Assembly (NCBI GenBank): GCA_024137785.1
Contig: JAHRHZ010000289.1
Location: 15,681,146 to 15,745,145, forward strand
Origin: Ginglymostoma cirratum
Taxonomy: Eukaryota
Reading direction: 5' to 3'
DNA: 64,000 nucleotides
Position numbers and translations under genes: made by a program. Every line of letters begins with the position of its first letter. The stretch's first letter is position 1. Positions 23,246 through 38,200 of this stretch are shown here, in pieces. Under the pieces are notes generated by a model. The model did not search any database, was not told the DNA's origin, and was given only the letters and a program-made list of their open reading frames with translations.

Positions 23246-26200
23246 GTAAGTTTTCCTTTTTAATTTCTGTATTCACAGGGCTGGGGGCGGGGAGTTAAGT
23301 GAAATAGGAATAGATGATTATTCAACAAAACATTACAGCACAGCGCAGCTTTATAAAACTTCATTCTTATGGGATTCAGGAATTTTACTTCTACAGGTAT
23401 TTTCTGGTTCTTTCTGTGATTATACAGTAACAGAATAAGTCAAATTATATTTCTATAATGAACGTTGTGGATTTGCTGTGGCATATAAATGATTTGGCTC
23501 CGTGCTGTTTAGTGAAACCCCAGTCAGTGATATTCGTGTGTAGTTTCTAGTTACGTTTTACTTTGTAGGGTAGCCATTACGTGGCTAGAAAGTTAAAGAA
23601 TAACTAATCCGATTAATCCATTGATCATTTAAATCCATGCATCTCAGAAGCTATATACACATTATTTAATTTTCGTTGTTAAATTTTAGACTGGTCACAA
23701 ACTGATCCAGTGGCTATGGTTTCAGCAGTGACACTGAAGCATGAGTTACGATGTTCCAGTTACCAGTGTTTTAGCCAGTTCGTTAAGACATTAATCTGAA
23801 TTCAAAACAGGAAGAACTGTTATTTGGCAAGTATATTTATGTACATGGACACACAACAGGAATAGAATACCAATAGTGTGAGCAAGTCCATCTTGACAAT
23901 AGACATTTGTGATTTAGAAGGACTGGAATTCTTGACAAGCAGTGTGCCACAAGAATTGCTGCTGGGTCCACTGCTTTTCACCTTTTATATAAACAATTTG
24001 AATGTGAATATAGGAGGTATTGATAGTCAGTTTGCAGATGACACCAAAATAGGTGGTGTAGTGGATAGTGAAGAAGATTATCTGAGTACAATGGGATCAT
24101 GATCAGATGGGCCATTGGACCGCGTGGCGGCAAACAGTGTTTAATTGAGATAAATGTGAGGTGTTGCATTTTGACAAGACAAACCAGGGCAGGAATTGTA
24201 CAGTTAATATTAGGGCCCTGGGGAGTGTTGTCGAACAGAGATCTGGGGTGCGGGTACATCGTTCCTTGAAAGTGGAGTCACAGGTAGACAGGATAGTGAA
24301 GAAGGTGTTTGGTACGCTTGCCTTTATTGGTCAGTGCATTGAGTACATGGGGTTGGGAGGTCATGTTGCAGCTGTACAGGATATTTTAGAATACTGCATA
24401 CAATTCTGGCTACTCTTCTGTAGGAAAGATGTTAAACTTGAGAGGGCTCAGAAAACATTAACAAAGATGTTGCTAGGACTGGAAGGTCTAAATTACACAG
24501 AGAGGCTGAGTCTTTTTTCTCTGGAGCGTTGGAGGCTGAGGGGTGTCCTTTATAGATATTTGTGAAATCATGGGGGACATGGGATAGAGTGAATAACCAG
24601 GGTCTCTTTCCTTGTGGAGGGGGGTGTAGTCCAAAACTAGAAGACATAGGTTTAAGGTGAGAAGGGAAAGATTTAAAAAGGACCTAAGGGGTAGCTTTTT
24701 CACAGAGGGTGGTGCATATATGGAATGAACTACCAGAGGAAGTGATGGAGCTGGGTACGATTACAACATTTAAAAGGCATCTGGGTAGGTATATGAACAG
24801 GAAGGATTTCGAGGAATAACAAGGTGTGGGGCTGGATGAACACAGCAGGCCAAGCAGCATCACAGGAGCAGGAAAGCTTGACGTTTTGGGCCTAGCCCCT
24901 TCATCAGATTTGACCACATATTATCAGATTTTGCAGGATGAGCCAGGAAACTTAGTTTATACTTTTTCCCCTTCCCACCTGACATTGCTAAAGGCAGTAA
25001 TTTGAGTTTCATAGAAAATGGAATGAAATCATGACATAGGTTTCTGTAAAAAATTATAACAAATCTATTACAGAAATTAAATTGTTCACTGAAAGCCAAA
25101 CCCTGTAATTGTAAACTGATAGGGATTCTGTTCCTGAATTCTAAAGCACTGGCAAGGTTATTGAATTGTACGTAATGAAAGTGGAGTTGTTTTTAATTCA
25201 GAACAGTTATTCTGTTCAAGCCAAATTTCTGTATTTTATATGCAGTGTTGCTTAGATTGAGACATTGAAAAATACTGCAGTCATAGAATGTATGTCGAAG
25301 TGAAACTGGTTAACATTTTCTGGGTTATTACACAAGAAAATTGAGAAGCTGAGCCATCATAACGAATTAACCTGCTGCCCCAGGCACCACAAAACAGGAC
25401 AGCTAAGAAACTTGGACTCCAGAAAATGGTTTATTTATCTTCTACATTCAATATGTGGGTGTTCCATGTTTGGCACTCTATCAGTTTTGTTGTAAATTTA
25501 CTACCTGTTATACTCGTTTGAGAATTGCTCCGATTTAATCACCTAACCCAGATTGCACACAGGCAACAGTTGGCCTTTGTAGGATTGTCATTACTATACT
25601 GTTTGCCTTTACAAAGGATGTGGTTGCTGTTTTAATTTAGTCAAGGCTGTAACCTACTGTAAATGATTGTGTATCTCATGACTAATTTTAATTGGCAACT
25701 TCACTTTCATCCCATTACACAGGTGCTATTCTTTGCTTCCTTCTGTTGTATTTCCATTTTTTCCCCAAATATAACTCTTTAAAAATGTTTGAGGATGTAT
25801 AAAAAGTAACTCGAGTAATAAATTGCTAAATAATCTACTGCTTAATAAAGAACAGTTTGTGGAATACGTGCTCAGAATGTGCAGAAAACGAGACACCTGT
25901 AGCAATGACCGAAAGTGAATGTTGATATTGATTTTAAGATTAATTATTGTATTTCAAGTTTTTAAACCAGCCTTTCCATTATATTTGCGTTTATTTAACA
26001 GTTCTGCAACAAAGAGTTCAAAATTAAATCTTGATTGTGTTAGTTTTTGTTGAAACGTGATGACATGCAAAAATAAATTAATTAATTTTTTTTTTTTTGG
26101 TTTAGCCGAAGCTTAGCAGAAGCATGCTCGGACGGAGATGTGAATGCTGTCCGAAAATTGCTGGATGAAGGACGGAGTGTAAACGAGCATACCGAAGAGG

Positions 26201-29200
26201 GTGAAAGTCTCCTTTGCTTGGCATGTTCAGCTGGCTACTATGAACTTGCACAAGTAAGCATTGAGGAACTCCTTTATTTTACAATAAACTAACATACTGC
26301 AAATTTCACCTACCTGCTGAAGCATATTGCGTTTGAGTTTTTGGTTTTTGATTTTTGGTTTTTTACAAGTCAATTCAATATTGTGTACAGTAGATGGTTC
26401 AAGTTTAGTCTTGGGCTAAATCTGTTTGAAAAGTCCTTAGTATTTCTTAAGGTTAGTTTACCAAACTTTGCATTGCCTGAGAATAATGTAAGCCAGCTGT
26501 TAATTCAGGTAGGAACTTGGAAGAAATTCTAGTAGTCCGATCAGTTTAATGGAGCCTGAAATATAAACAGCTGAAACATATTAATTTAGGACTGTTTTGC
26601 TTATTACTTTATTGGGTTGGGGAATGACAAGGGGGTCCACATTTGTGTCCAGTGAAGTTGGGGGTGCAAACTTTCAGGGTGACTGAGCAGCATTATTAAT
26701 GTATCATATAATGCTTTGTTTTCAGATCTTCCATTTCTATTGTATGTAGGGCACTTCTACCCAATGTTCTGTTGATTTATTATCATAGAGACAAGAGGTA
26801 AACAACTGACTTGACATTCCTTGTTTGGTTGTCTTTTTAACCATTTCAAATCTAATACCCCTGGATTAGAACACGTGGATAAATGTAAAAGTAAAATTTC
26901 TAACTAAGAGTTGGTAAAATAAGCGAGCAGTTGTCCTGGTGAAAACTTAATGATGAGCACTGATTATGCCATTGTGTGAACATTGCACATTTTTAATTGC
27001 ACTTAAGCCTTTGGGCAGTTGCAAGGAGACATGACTGGGAAGAATGGTTTCTCCTGAGAATGAGCAGATTGTTCACAGCAGTTCAGGAAATGTTACCTCA
27101 GTGAAAAAGTGTAGTTTGAGAAACTGGCCGACAAGGACTGTTTGGTTAGATGTCTGCACACTGTTAAGAGACCGAGTCTAAAAACTCTGTTCTCAGAGTG
27201 GTTAAGGGGGGAGAAAAAAACCTTGCAGCTCACTAGAGTAGAACTGAGGAAAAATCAATTAAGTCAAACATACAGATGTGGAATTTTTTTTATTTGGCTT
27301 GTTGGGGATTAAAATATATTCTTGCTGATTGAGGAACTGTGAAGTGATGCATTGGAGATTAAATGAAATTTTGTTTTTGGAATGTATTTGGAAAACTTTC
27401 AGACTATTATATAAGACTTGTCTGTTTTTTTGTCTAATAAGCTTCTGATTCATTGTTTAAGCCCAAATCTACAATCGTGTTTGCTAGTGAACGATTGCCG
27501 CATTAAATTAAAGAAAAACAGAATATGTCCTATTATGCCGGAATTCATTCTTGGATCTAACATGTCCAATAGTAACATCAACTGGGTTCACAACAAGTGG
27601 CACTCTTGCTGCATTCTGAGTTCATGGCATTTGAGGGATCTGTCTCTTGTAAAGAAATGGGCATGTAGAGGTTCTGGACATAAAAATGACTGTTGCGTTG
27701 AAGCTTATTTTTGAAGAAAGCCTTATAAGTTGACATCAGCTTTCTAGAAGTGGAAGATACAATGGATAATTTGACATTTTTCACTAAAGCTACACTAAGA
27801 ATTAGTGGATTAATTGAATTTAGGAGTAAAAGCCAGATCTTTAAAGAAGTTACCTAAATTACTCAGCATTTAGAATTAGAAGGGAAATGTGAAACTGAGA
27901 TACCACAGCTAGAATTATCTGGAGTAGAAAAGAAAAAATTGTTGATTTAGAGAAAAGAAAGCTTGTGTTTTTCTAACAAATCTTAATGAAAAGTGAAGGG
28001 GGAGAGAGCCAGATTGTGAATTTGGAGAAAAAGCTTGAACTTAAAAGACGACAAAATTTGATCACAGACAGCTTAAATAAAAAGATGATTTTGATTCCGT
28101 GCAGGATTTAATTTAACTAAGAATCTGTACTTAGTATCTAGATTTACTGAGGATGGAGTCAAAAGGTAATTCACTCCATTTGAAAAGTTAGCTGGACAGA
28201 TTGTGTCAAAGATGTTTGGACCTTTTAGTGTTAGTTTTTGATAGTGCAGCTAGACTGCGTGCATTAGTTTGTCAGAAGAGCAATCTACAGTTTATGAAAC
28301 TGTTAAAAAAGACAACACTTGCAGCTTCTGAACTTGTCTTTGAAGCTTATCTATTAAATTTAGGACCATCAGCAAGAAACCTGACTTGAGATTTGTTGTA
28401 CTTGCAAGGGAAAAGGAAGTGCTGTTGGATCAGTGGTTTCAGTCACTAAAGATAGAGAAAAATTTTGAAAACAAAGGAAACTGATTATTGAAGGATTCAG
28501 AAATAACATTCTTGCAAATCTTAAAAACTTGTGCTGAGCTTTAAATGTCAAAGATCAGATAAGTAACAATTCTGGCAGTTCAGAGGAGGTAATAACGTAG
28601 TGGTAATGCTGCTGGACAGGTAATTCAGAATCCCTAGCAAATGCACCGGGGGCATAGGCTTGAGTCCCATCATGACAGATGGTGAAATTTGTGTGAAAAA
28701 TTGTACTGAATTAAAAGCTAGCCTAATGGTGACCGTGTAATAACTGCTGATTGTTGTACAAACTCTTCTGCTATTGTCTTGAGTGAAGGACTGATCCCCC
28801 CCCAGGGGATGAAATCTGTTGTCTTTGCCTGATCTGGCCAATGTGACTACATGTCACGGCAATGTAATTGATTTTTAACTGCCTTCCGAAATGGCCCTAG
28901 CGAGCAATTCAGTGACACCGACATCCATGAACAATTTTTTAAAAAAGATAACCCATGATCTCCTTGCACAGTAAGTCAGTGGGAATCCAAAATTAAAAGT
29001 CTGTGGATGGAAGAGCTATTGGTTTGAGGGAACAAGCAGAAGGATTCCAAAATAGTAAAGGAAAAAAAAATTAGAAGCAAAATAGATGACCAGAAACTGA
29101 ACTGGACTTGACATACGAATACAATGGTTACGCATGCAGGTCAGAGGCTAGGAATCTTGCATTCCTCCTGATTCACTCCTGATTACCCAAAACCTGTGCA

Positions 29201-32200
29201 CCATCCCTGGAGCAGAAGTCAGGTCTGCTGGAGTAGTTCCCACTTGCTTCCAACAACATTCAAGAAGCTTAGCATTATCCAGGCAAAGCAGCCCGCATAA
29301 TTGGTACCACATCCACAAACATGCAGTCACTCCAACCACCAGCACTCAGTAGCAGCAGTGTCCGATATCTATCTACAAATGCCCTGCGAAGATTCATCCA
29401 AGATCCTAAGGCAGCACCTTACAAACCGACAATCAATTCCATCTAGGTGGACGAGGAAATTAGATAGATGGGATCACCGCCACCCGCAAGTTCCCCTTCA
29501 AGCCACTCACCATCCTGACTTGGAAATACATTGCCATTCATTTATTCACTGGTTGAAATCCTGGAATTCCCCGTAGCAACATTGAAGGTGGCAGATGGTC
29601 ATTGTAGCCCATAGACTGCAGTGGTTCATGAAGACAACTCACCATCATGGTTTCAAGGATTGGACATTGAATGCTGGCCCAGCCAGCAATGACTATATCC
29701 CATGAGTGAATAAAAAATAAGTGTCTGTACTCAGCAGTCACTGGAGCTGTACTCCTCACTTAGTTTTAAATTGAAGCTTCTGAATAATAAAGCTATTCTT
29801 TTGAGCCCTGTTAATTCAATAACTTATTTATTTAGGTTTTGCTTGCTGTGCATGCCAATGTTGAAGATCGTGGTATCAAGGGAGACATAACTCCATTGAT
29901 GGCAGCTGCTAGTGGAGGCTACGTAGACATAGTCAAATTGCTACTGGCCCATGACGCTGATGTAAATGCTCAGTCTTCAACAGGTAAGTTATGAAGTTAT
30001 TTAGCTATCTAGTTTGTGCTTACATAAAATGAGATGGCACTTCAGACTTTTAAAACTTAATTTACTTTTTCTTTTAGGAAATACAGCACTCACTTATGCC
30101 TGTGCTGGTGGGTTTGTTGATGTTGTAAAAGTACTTCTGAAAGCAGGGGCCAATATTGAGGATCACAATGAAAATGGTCATACACCTTTGATGGAAGCCG
30201 CAAGTGCTGGTCATGTGGAAGTTGCTCGGGTGCTTTTAGAATATGGTGCAGGAATCAATACTCACTCAAATGAGTTCAAGGAAAGTGCACTTACGCTGGC
30301 ATGTTACAAAGGTATGATGTTGATGTTTCATGAGGTGTATATCATGTGGCAAAATATTCTGCATGTTGACAAATCCCTGAAAGGAGCAGGGAAGTTACAT
30401 ATGGTAATTAAGAAGTGATACATAGCTTTATTAGCTGACACAAAATACAACTGCAGTGAGGTTGTGCTGAAACTTGCCTGTTTAGGCCACAACTGAGTAC
30501 TGCCATAAATTCTTGGTCACTGCATTATAGGAATGATGCTTGCTTTGGAGTGGGTGTGAAATAGATTTATGAAGATGCTGCCTGGGCTAGAGGGTTTGAA
30601 ATAGGAAAGATTGCATAGGCTGGGGAATAGTGAAGCTTGATATGGGACCTGCTGAAGATTGAGGGTCTTAGGGTAGTTGGGAAGGCACTTTCTGCATTGG
30701 TGGAGGGGTCAATTAACAGAGGTTTAAAGCGAAGGAGAGTTGAAGCTAATGGGAATCTGGAATTCACTGTTGGAAAGGATGCTTGAGTCAGAGACCGTTG
30801 TAATATTTCTAAGCAATGTTGTCATTCTTCCATATCCGTGAGGGTTTTGTTCCTGAACACCCCCACGAATGATGAATTCATGTGTGGAGCTTAATAACTT
30901 CGGATAAAAATAGAGTTAGGTTCCCAGATCCCAAGATTATGACTTGTAGCCTATTATTTTTAGGTTAAAATAATAAATGTTACTGACCTTGTTAATACTT
31001 AAATAGAGTATGTTTGTAATATCAGAATAAAAATTAGCATGGAAAACAACGTACAGTATCTATGCAGTCAGCAGCCTAAGTGACAGACTGTAACTAATGC
31101 AGTGCAACCCTAGTACCTGGCCACAAAAGAGGTCACAGAGATGTGACTTTTTCCCCATGGGTGTTGATTAATTGGTTACTTATTTTTGGCATAGTTAGGC
31201 AAATACACAAGAACGATTTCATAGATACAGAAGAATGACTAACTGAATTTAGATATTCATTTATTTTGCCGTAGCCTCCATAGCTATGGACCAAAGGCTG
31301 TAAAATTGAATTAGTGTGACCGATTTTATGGACTGGCATGAGCATGATGGGTCGAATGTCCTCTTGTGCTGTAAATATTAGACTCCATTTACTTTGTAAC
31401 TTAAAAATGCATTAAATTTAAGTTGTAGCCACTTAGAAAAGATACCCAAACTAGCAGCAATTGGTATTGTGATGTTTAAATAAATGAATTAGTTGACTTT
31501 CCTGAGAAGACTTAATTGAGATACCTTTCAACTTTGTTATGATGATAGATTGGAGATAGGAACTCAAATACCTGATCATCATTTTTAGAGCAGTTGGCAT
31601 AGTGTGGAATTTTGTGATATACTTAATAAAATTTTACTAAGATGAATATTGACAAGCAGCTTTGAAATAGTTCCATAGTAACTAAAGTTTCTTTGAAACC
31701 TTGTGCTGTTATATCCCTATTAACTGGGTGTTCCAATGCTACACTATAAAGACTTTCAAAATCAGCCCCTCGAAGGATAATTTCATTTTCTTTGAGCTAT
31801 ATTGATGCATTCAACATTCATATTAACCATTTAGAAGAGGGAGGAAAAGATAAAGATAATCTATATGTAGACTAACTAGGGCGGTATGGTGGCTCAGATT
31901 CGATTACACCCTCGGGCAACTGTCTGTGGAGTTTGCACATTCTCCCCGTGTCTGCATGTTTCCTCCGATGCTCCAGTTTCTCCCCCCACAGGCAAAGATG
32001 TGCAGGCTAGGTGGATTGGCTATGATAAATTGCTTGTAGTGGTCAAGAGATGTCTAAATTTAGGTGGGTTATTGGGAATGGGTCTGGGTGGGATGCTCTG
32101 AGGGTCGGTGTGGGCTTGTTGAGCCAAAGGGCCTGTTTCCACACTGTAGGGATTCTGAGGCAGCACGGTGACTCGGGGTTAGCGCTGCTGCCTCACAGCG

Positions 32201-35200
32201 CCAGGGACCCGGTTTTGATTTCATCCTCTGGCGACTGTCTGTGTGGAGTTTGCACATTCTCCCTGTGTCTGCATGGGTTTCCTCTGGGATCTCGGGTTTC
32301 CTTGCACAGTCCAAAGGTGTGCAAGGTAGGTGGATTGGCCATGCTAAATTGCCCATAGTGCCCAGGGATGTTTAGGTTAGTTGTTTTAGACGTGGGAAAT
32401 GCAGGGTAAGGGGAATGGGTCTGGGTGGGATGCTCTTAGAAGGGGCGGTGTGGACTTGTTGGTCCGAATGGCCTGTTTCCACACTGTAGGGATTCTACGA
32501 TTCTAAGAGAACGTAGAAATACCATTCTAATATAAGATATGTCTACGATAGCAAAAAGACTGATTTAACTTTGACCTCCTCCAAGATGTGCCTCTCTTTA
32601 AAACGCTAGAATTTAACAAATGAACAGCACGTCCCACTATTTATTTGGCTTTAAGAACCTAAAAAGGGACAAGAGTACACCTTACCATCTCTCGAGCTTT
32701 CTCTGCTATTCATTCAGATAATGTTTGATCTGCTGCCTCAACCGTATTTGACTTCCCCCATTTCTCTTGCTTTCTGAGAGTCCAAAAATGTATCAACCTC
32801 TGTATCGAATATATTCAACAATTGAGCAAAGTACTGATTTTTGGGATGGAAAACTTCAAAGAATTCTAAGAATTGCATTAAAACACCACTTTGCATCACA
32901 GTTTTACAGAGAAAATTCATACGCTTCTTTCCATCTGAAATTGAAAATTAAATACGACTTCACACAGGAAAACTGTTCTAAATGTATTTAGAAGATGACA
33001 CCTCAAAATGTTTATTCTTAATCTTAACTTGGTCTGTGTATCAGGACATTTGGAAATGGTACGGTTTCTTCTTGAGGCTGGTGCTGATCAGGAACACAAA
33101 ACAGATGAGATGCATACCGCTTTAATGGAAGCATGTATGGTAAGCATTATTGTGCATCATCTTTTTCCTACTCCTTGCAAAAATGCTGCACCAGTGTTTT
33201 AAAGTCTTGATTTCTTACGCTTTTAGTCCAGTAAGTACAACGTTAATTTGTCTTGAATGAGATAATTAGCAAACTTAATGATAGCGCACATTAGTGACTA
33301 CGCATTGTGTGAGGGCAACACATAGATTTTCCAAAAAAAAAATTAAAAACACTGGAATGAGGAAGTTGTGATTTTCAAGACATTGTATTTCCTTGTACAG
33401 TAACCTGTTTTAGGTTTTTGAGTATGTGTTCATGAATATTTCTACAGAAACCCGAGGATTTTTAAGCAGAAGATGAACTTTGCTTTCTATCTACAATTGA
33501 TTGCATTATGTTGTGACGAATGATGTCTTATTCACTTTTAATGTAAAGTAAATGTTTGTTTTCTTTGACTGTTTTAGATTCATAACTGGATTTGTATTTA
33601 TTGATTGTGTTGATCTATGCTTTACATTAGAAAGGAATGTCCTGGCTATTTTAACGCATCAAGATGCTGATAATTGCCTTTGTTGAATAGGATGGCCATG
33701 TTGAAGTGGCTCGCCTCCTTTTGGATAGTGGTGCACAAGTAAACATGCCAGCTGATTCTTTTGAGTCTCCATTGACTCTTGCTGCTTGTGGTGGTCATGT
33801 GGAGTTAGCAGCTTTGCTCATAGAAAGAGGAGCAAACCTAGAAGAAGTCAATGATGAAGGATATACGCCATTAATGGAAGCTTCACGAGAAGGTCATGAG
33901 GAAATGGTAGCATTGCTGCTTGCCCAGGGTATGAAATGTCCTGTGTATTTAACTCTACATGTAATGAGGAGTCACTGATCTAGCTTTGGAACTGTTGACT
34001 TCTTACTGAGCATGCATCTTTCTTTATATTTCATTGGCGTATTTGAACTTAGTACTATAGTTAAATAATTTCAGCTTCTGGTGTCCTTTTTAATTTCACA
34101 GGGACACAGGCTGAATTATCCACCTACACATCTCCGGGAAAAAAAAGAATATTACAAGCAGCAGAGGCTGCTGTGCCAATATATCAATAGGTTGGCCAGA
34201 GACTTCCGCATTGCAGCTAATGGTTGACCAGGAGGGTCTTGTTTGTCTATTGTATGAGTTCAGATAGATGATAGTCTCGGTTGTTGAAACTATTTCAAGT
34301 AAAAGAGAAATCTTATTATGTCTCAAAATCAAGAGATGCCAATAAAACAAACATATATCTTCAGAGAATTCACAATAATGATATTTGACTTGCCTTACCT
34401 TTATCTCACTAACAGCTATACTTTGTTCCCATGTCTCTTAAACTAAGCTGAGTCATTTTCTTAGTTAACATACTTTTTAAATTGTACAGTTACTGTTGTG
34501 GATGGAAAAGTAATCTGACTTAGCGGTTTGTGAGGCCTGATAAGAAAACTACTGCTGCATTGAAATACAGAAATGCTTTGTCTTACCTTTTATTCCCCCA
34601 CTGAGTTACTCTTTGAAGCAGTCACCAGCTGTGTCACACTATGTAGGTTAAAGCCAGTGATGAAGCTTTGCAGTAAGTCCCTTGGACTGTGTCAACAATT
34701 TGGATTGTAACTCACCTTTTTTCTTCAATAGAGTGTTTGGGTAGCTTAGTGCTTAAAACTTGAGAGCTCTCTAATTTAAGATGCAAAACAAAACTATTGC
34801 CAAACCAGTGATAACTAAAATCATTAGAGCTTAATTGAGCAAACTGTTCTTTAACTATAAATTGATGCTTGGACTTTTTAGGAGCCAATATAAATGCACA
34901 GACAGAGGAAACCCAAGAAACAGCTCTGACCCTAGCTTGCTGTGGAGGCTTCTTGGAAGTTGCAGACTTTTTAATAAAGGCAGGAGCCGATATTGAATTG
35001 GGTTGCTCTACGCCACTGATGGAGGCTGCTCAAGAAGGTCATCTTGAATTGGTCAAATATTTACTTGCAGCAGGTGTGTTCCTAATCCTCGTATCCCAAA
35101 TGAGGTTTTGCTGTTTTACTTCGCAAGCGAAAAAATCCGTAGCAGTTTAGAAGTTTGAAAGTAGTGCCATATGTCAGTGCAGTGTGCAGCTTTTAATGTT

Positions 35201-38200
35201 GTTATGCAGTGTGGTGCACATCCTTAACTCCACATGGTCTCACTGTACATAGTGGCAAAATACACTCTCGTGGAGTTAATGTTGTTTGTTAAATCAAATT
35301 TAAGTTTCAAAACTAGAGTATTGAACATGTCTTTAATATGCTTAAATCTTGTAATCATTTAATTTTAATGGTAATAATCAGTCTGTTCACCCATGTTGCA
35401 AGCAGTCCTCAAAAAAAAAGTACAGTGCTTTGTTAAACACTTTTCTTGACCTGATCACCAATAATGCAGAAAAAATATAATTCTTTTTTTATTTTTCCTG
35501 CTTGATTTCTTTTTATTTTATTTTGGTGCTTATTTTAACAATCTTTTGAGTTTTTTGAATTAGTTTTCCTTTGTTTTAAAAAAAAAGCACATTTTAACTT
35601 TGCAGTTCTGGTGAAATGAATATGATGTTCAGTCCAAACACAGACTCTAATTTGGGCACTGATTTTGGTAATTGCAAGTGTGGGTTCACAGATAACAAGA
35701 ATTCCTTTCAATAAATTGTTTTCATTTCTTTGGAAGCTCAATTACCTCAGTCACTAAAAGGTAAGCGCATTTAACATGTTGAAAGAATACATTTTAATTA
35801 TTGTTGGTGCTAACCAACTCTTAAAAATTCTATTAGAGGGGTAATGAAGAGCCATCAATTTCAAGTGGAGCGCTCAGAATGTTCCATTTAAGGTCTGTTA
35901 GATGTCAAATCTCACTTATGAAACTAAGTGATCAAAGTCTTGCTTTTGAGATAGAAATTGCAGACAGAATTTATAAATGTTTCACTTCTCTACTACTTTA
36001 ATGAATTTTATACACTTAATTTTTCATTAAAATGTTACATTTCTTAATGAAGCGATAAGCCTTAAATGTCTTTTTATATATAAAATGTGTTCAGTATCAT
36101 TTGCATGTTGTATTTGAAATGTTAAAGAGTTCTTGTTTCTGTTAGGAGCAAATGTGCATGCCACTACAGCTACAGGGGATACAGCTTTAACATATGCCTG
36201 TGAAAATGGGCATACTGATGTTGCTGATGTTCTTTTACAAGCAGGAGCTGATTTGGTAAGAATCACTATTTTGTGGCAGTGTATTACACCAGTCAATACA
36301 TGCAAATATCATAGTATCAATTGCGGTTATGGAAACCACAAATTTAAACCCTTCTAGCAAGTATTCAATACTGTGATTTTAAACTTATTTCAAATAAAAG
36401 ATTCTTACTGGCTGGTTATATTATTTGTTTAATCGGCTCATAATAGAAGTGTGCTAGTAATTATTAAATAAAATGTTGAACCTCACTTTTGCAACTGTGC
36501 ATAATCTATTTTAGAATTCTAGTTTTTGAAACCTTTTTTCGTTTAGAATCCAAAGCCACTTTTATGAGGTTGCAAAAGTTTTCTTCCTTTTTTAGGAACA
36601 TGAATCTGAAGGTGGGAGGACACCCTTGATGAAAGCTGCAAGAGCTGGCCATTTGTGTACAGTACAGTTCCTCATTAGCAAAGGTGAGCCTTCATCTTTT
36701 GTCCTGTAAAATGTTTTAAAATGTTGCCTTGCTCACGACTGTATAAACCTGAGATTATAATTGATAATCCATGATAAGCAGATGTGCAGGTATGAATGAA
36801 CTTTGCTACTTGATCATTGGCTTGATTTGGTGGGCAAAGCCTTAGAAGTCTCAAGAGCCTTCCAAACAGCCCTCCAAGGAAAGTAATTTTGCCGCACGCC
36901 ATTTTAAACGGGAGACCCCTTATTTCTAAACAAATTATGCCTTCAGAATGTTGGATTCTTATGGAATCTGGAATTGTCAAGCCCTCTTCAAATGTTGTCT
37001 TTCAGCAAGATCATGTCTTGTTTTTCTAAGCTCCAATTGGAATAGGATCAACCTATCCTCATAACAAAAGCTAACATTACAATTGTATTCGTAATTGCTA
37101 TACCAATGTGCAATCTTAGAGATTTATGTACAAGGCCCAATCCATCTGTGCTACTGCATTCTGCAGTTTCTCTCAATTTAAATATGCTGTTTTTCTGTTG
37201 TTCCTGCCGAAGTGGGCAAGTTCATATTTTTCCACTTTATACACACTAAAATTTTTGCTCACACTGTTAATGGAGCTTTTTTATCTTTAGAAAATGTGGG
37301 TATCACTTGCTAGACCAGGATTTATTGACCATCGCTAATGTGTAGAAGGTGATGAAGGGCTGCTGCCATGAATCATAACAGCCCCTGTAGTGTAGGGACA
37401 CAGTGCTGTTAGGTGGCAAGTTCCACGGTTTTGATCTGGCAACAGTGAAGGGATGTCAGTACATTTCCAAGTCCGGATGGCTTGTGACTTTAAAGGGAAC
37501 CTGCGGGTAGTGATGTAGTCATGCACCTGCTGCTTAGTCTTTTCTAAGTTGGAGAGGTCATTGGAAAATGCAGTTCGAGGAGCCTTCGTGAGTTACTACA
37601 ATGCATCTTGTAGATGGTATACAGTGATGTCATTGCACATTGGTGAAAGAAGTAAATGTTGAAGCTGATGGGATCAAGTGCCAGCCAATTTTTCTGTATG
37701 ATGTCAAGCTGCTTAAGTGCAGTTGAACTGCAGTCATCTGAACAAAGCGAGATTTTTTTCACCACACTACTGAGTTGTGCCTTGTTGATGATTCACAGGC
37801 ATTGGGGAGACAGGAGGAAAGTTGGTCGCCACAGGGTTCTTGGCCTCTGTCCTGATCTTGTAACTACTGTACTTGAAAGGCTTGTCCCGGTTCTGTTTGT
37901 AGTTATGGTAACATCTAAGATGTTGATAGAGATGCCATTGGATGCCAAGTAGAGATGGTTTCCCTTGTTAGAAATTGTAATTGTCTGGCACTTGTGTGGC
38001 AAGAGTACCACTTGCTATTTAGTGCAAATGTGGATATTGTTCAGGACCTGATGTATATGGACATGAGCTGTTTTAGTAGCTAAGTGGTCATGAATGTTGC
38101 TGAACATTATGCCATCATCATAGAACATCCTGACTTCTGACTTATGATCGATTAAGGTCATTGAAGCAATTGAGGACGATCTGGGCTTCAAACACTACTC

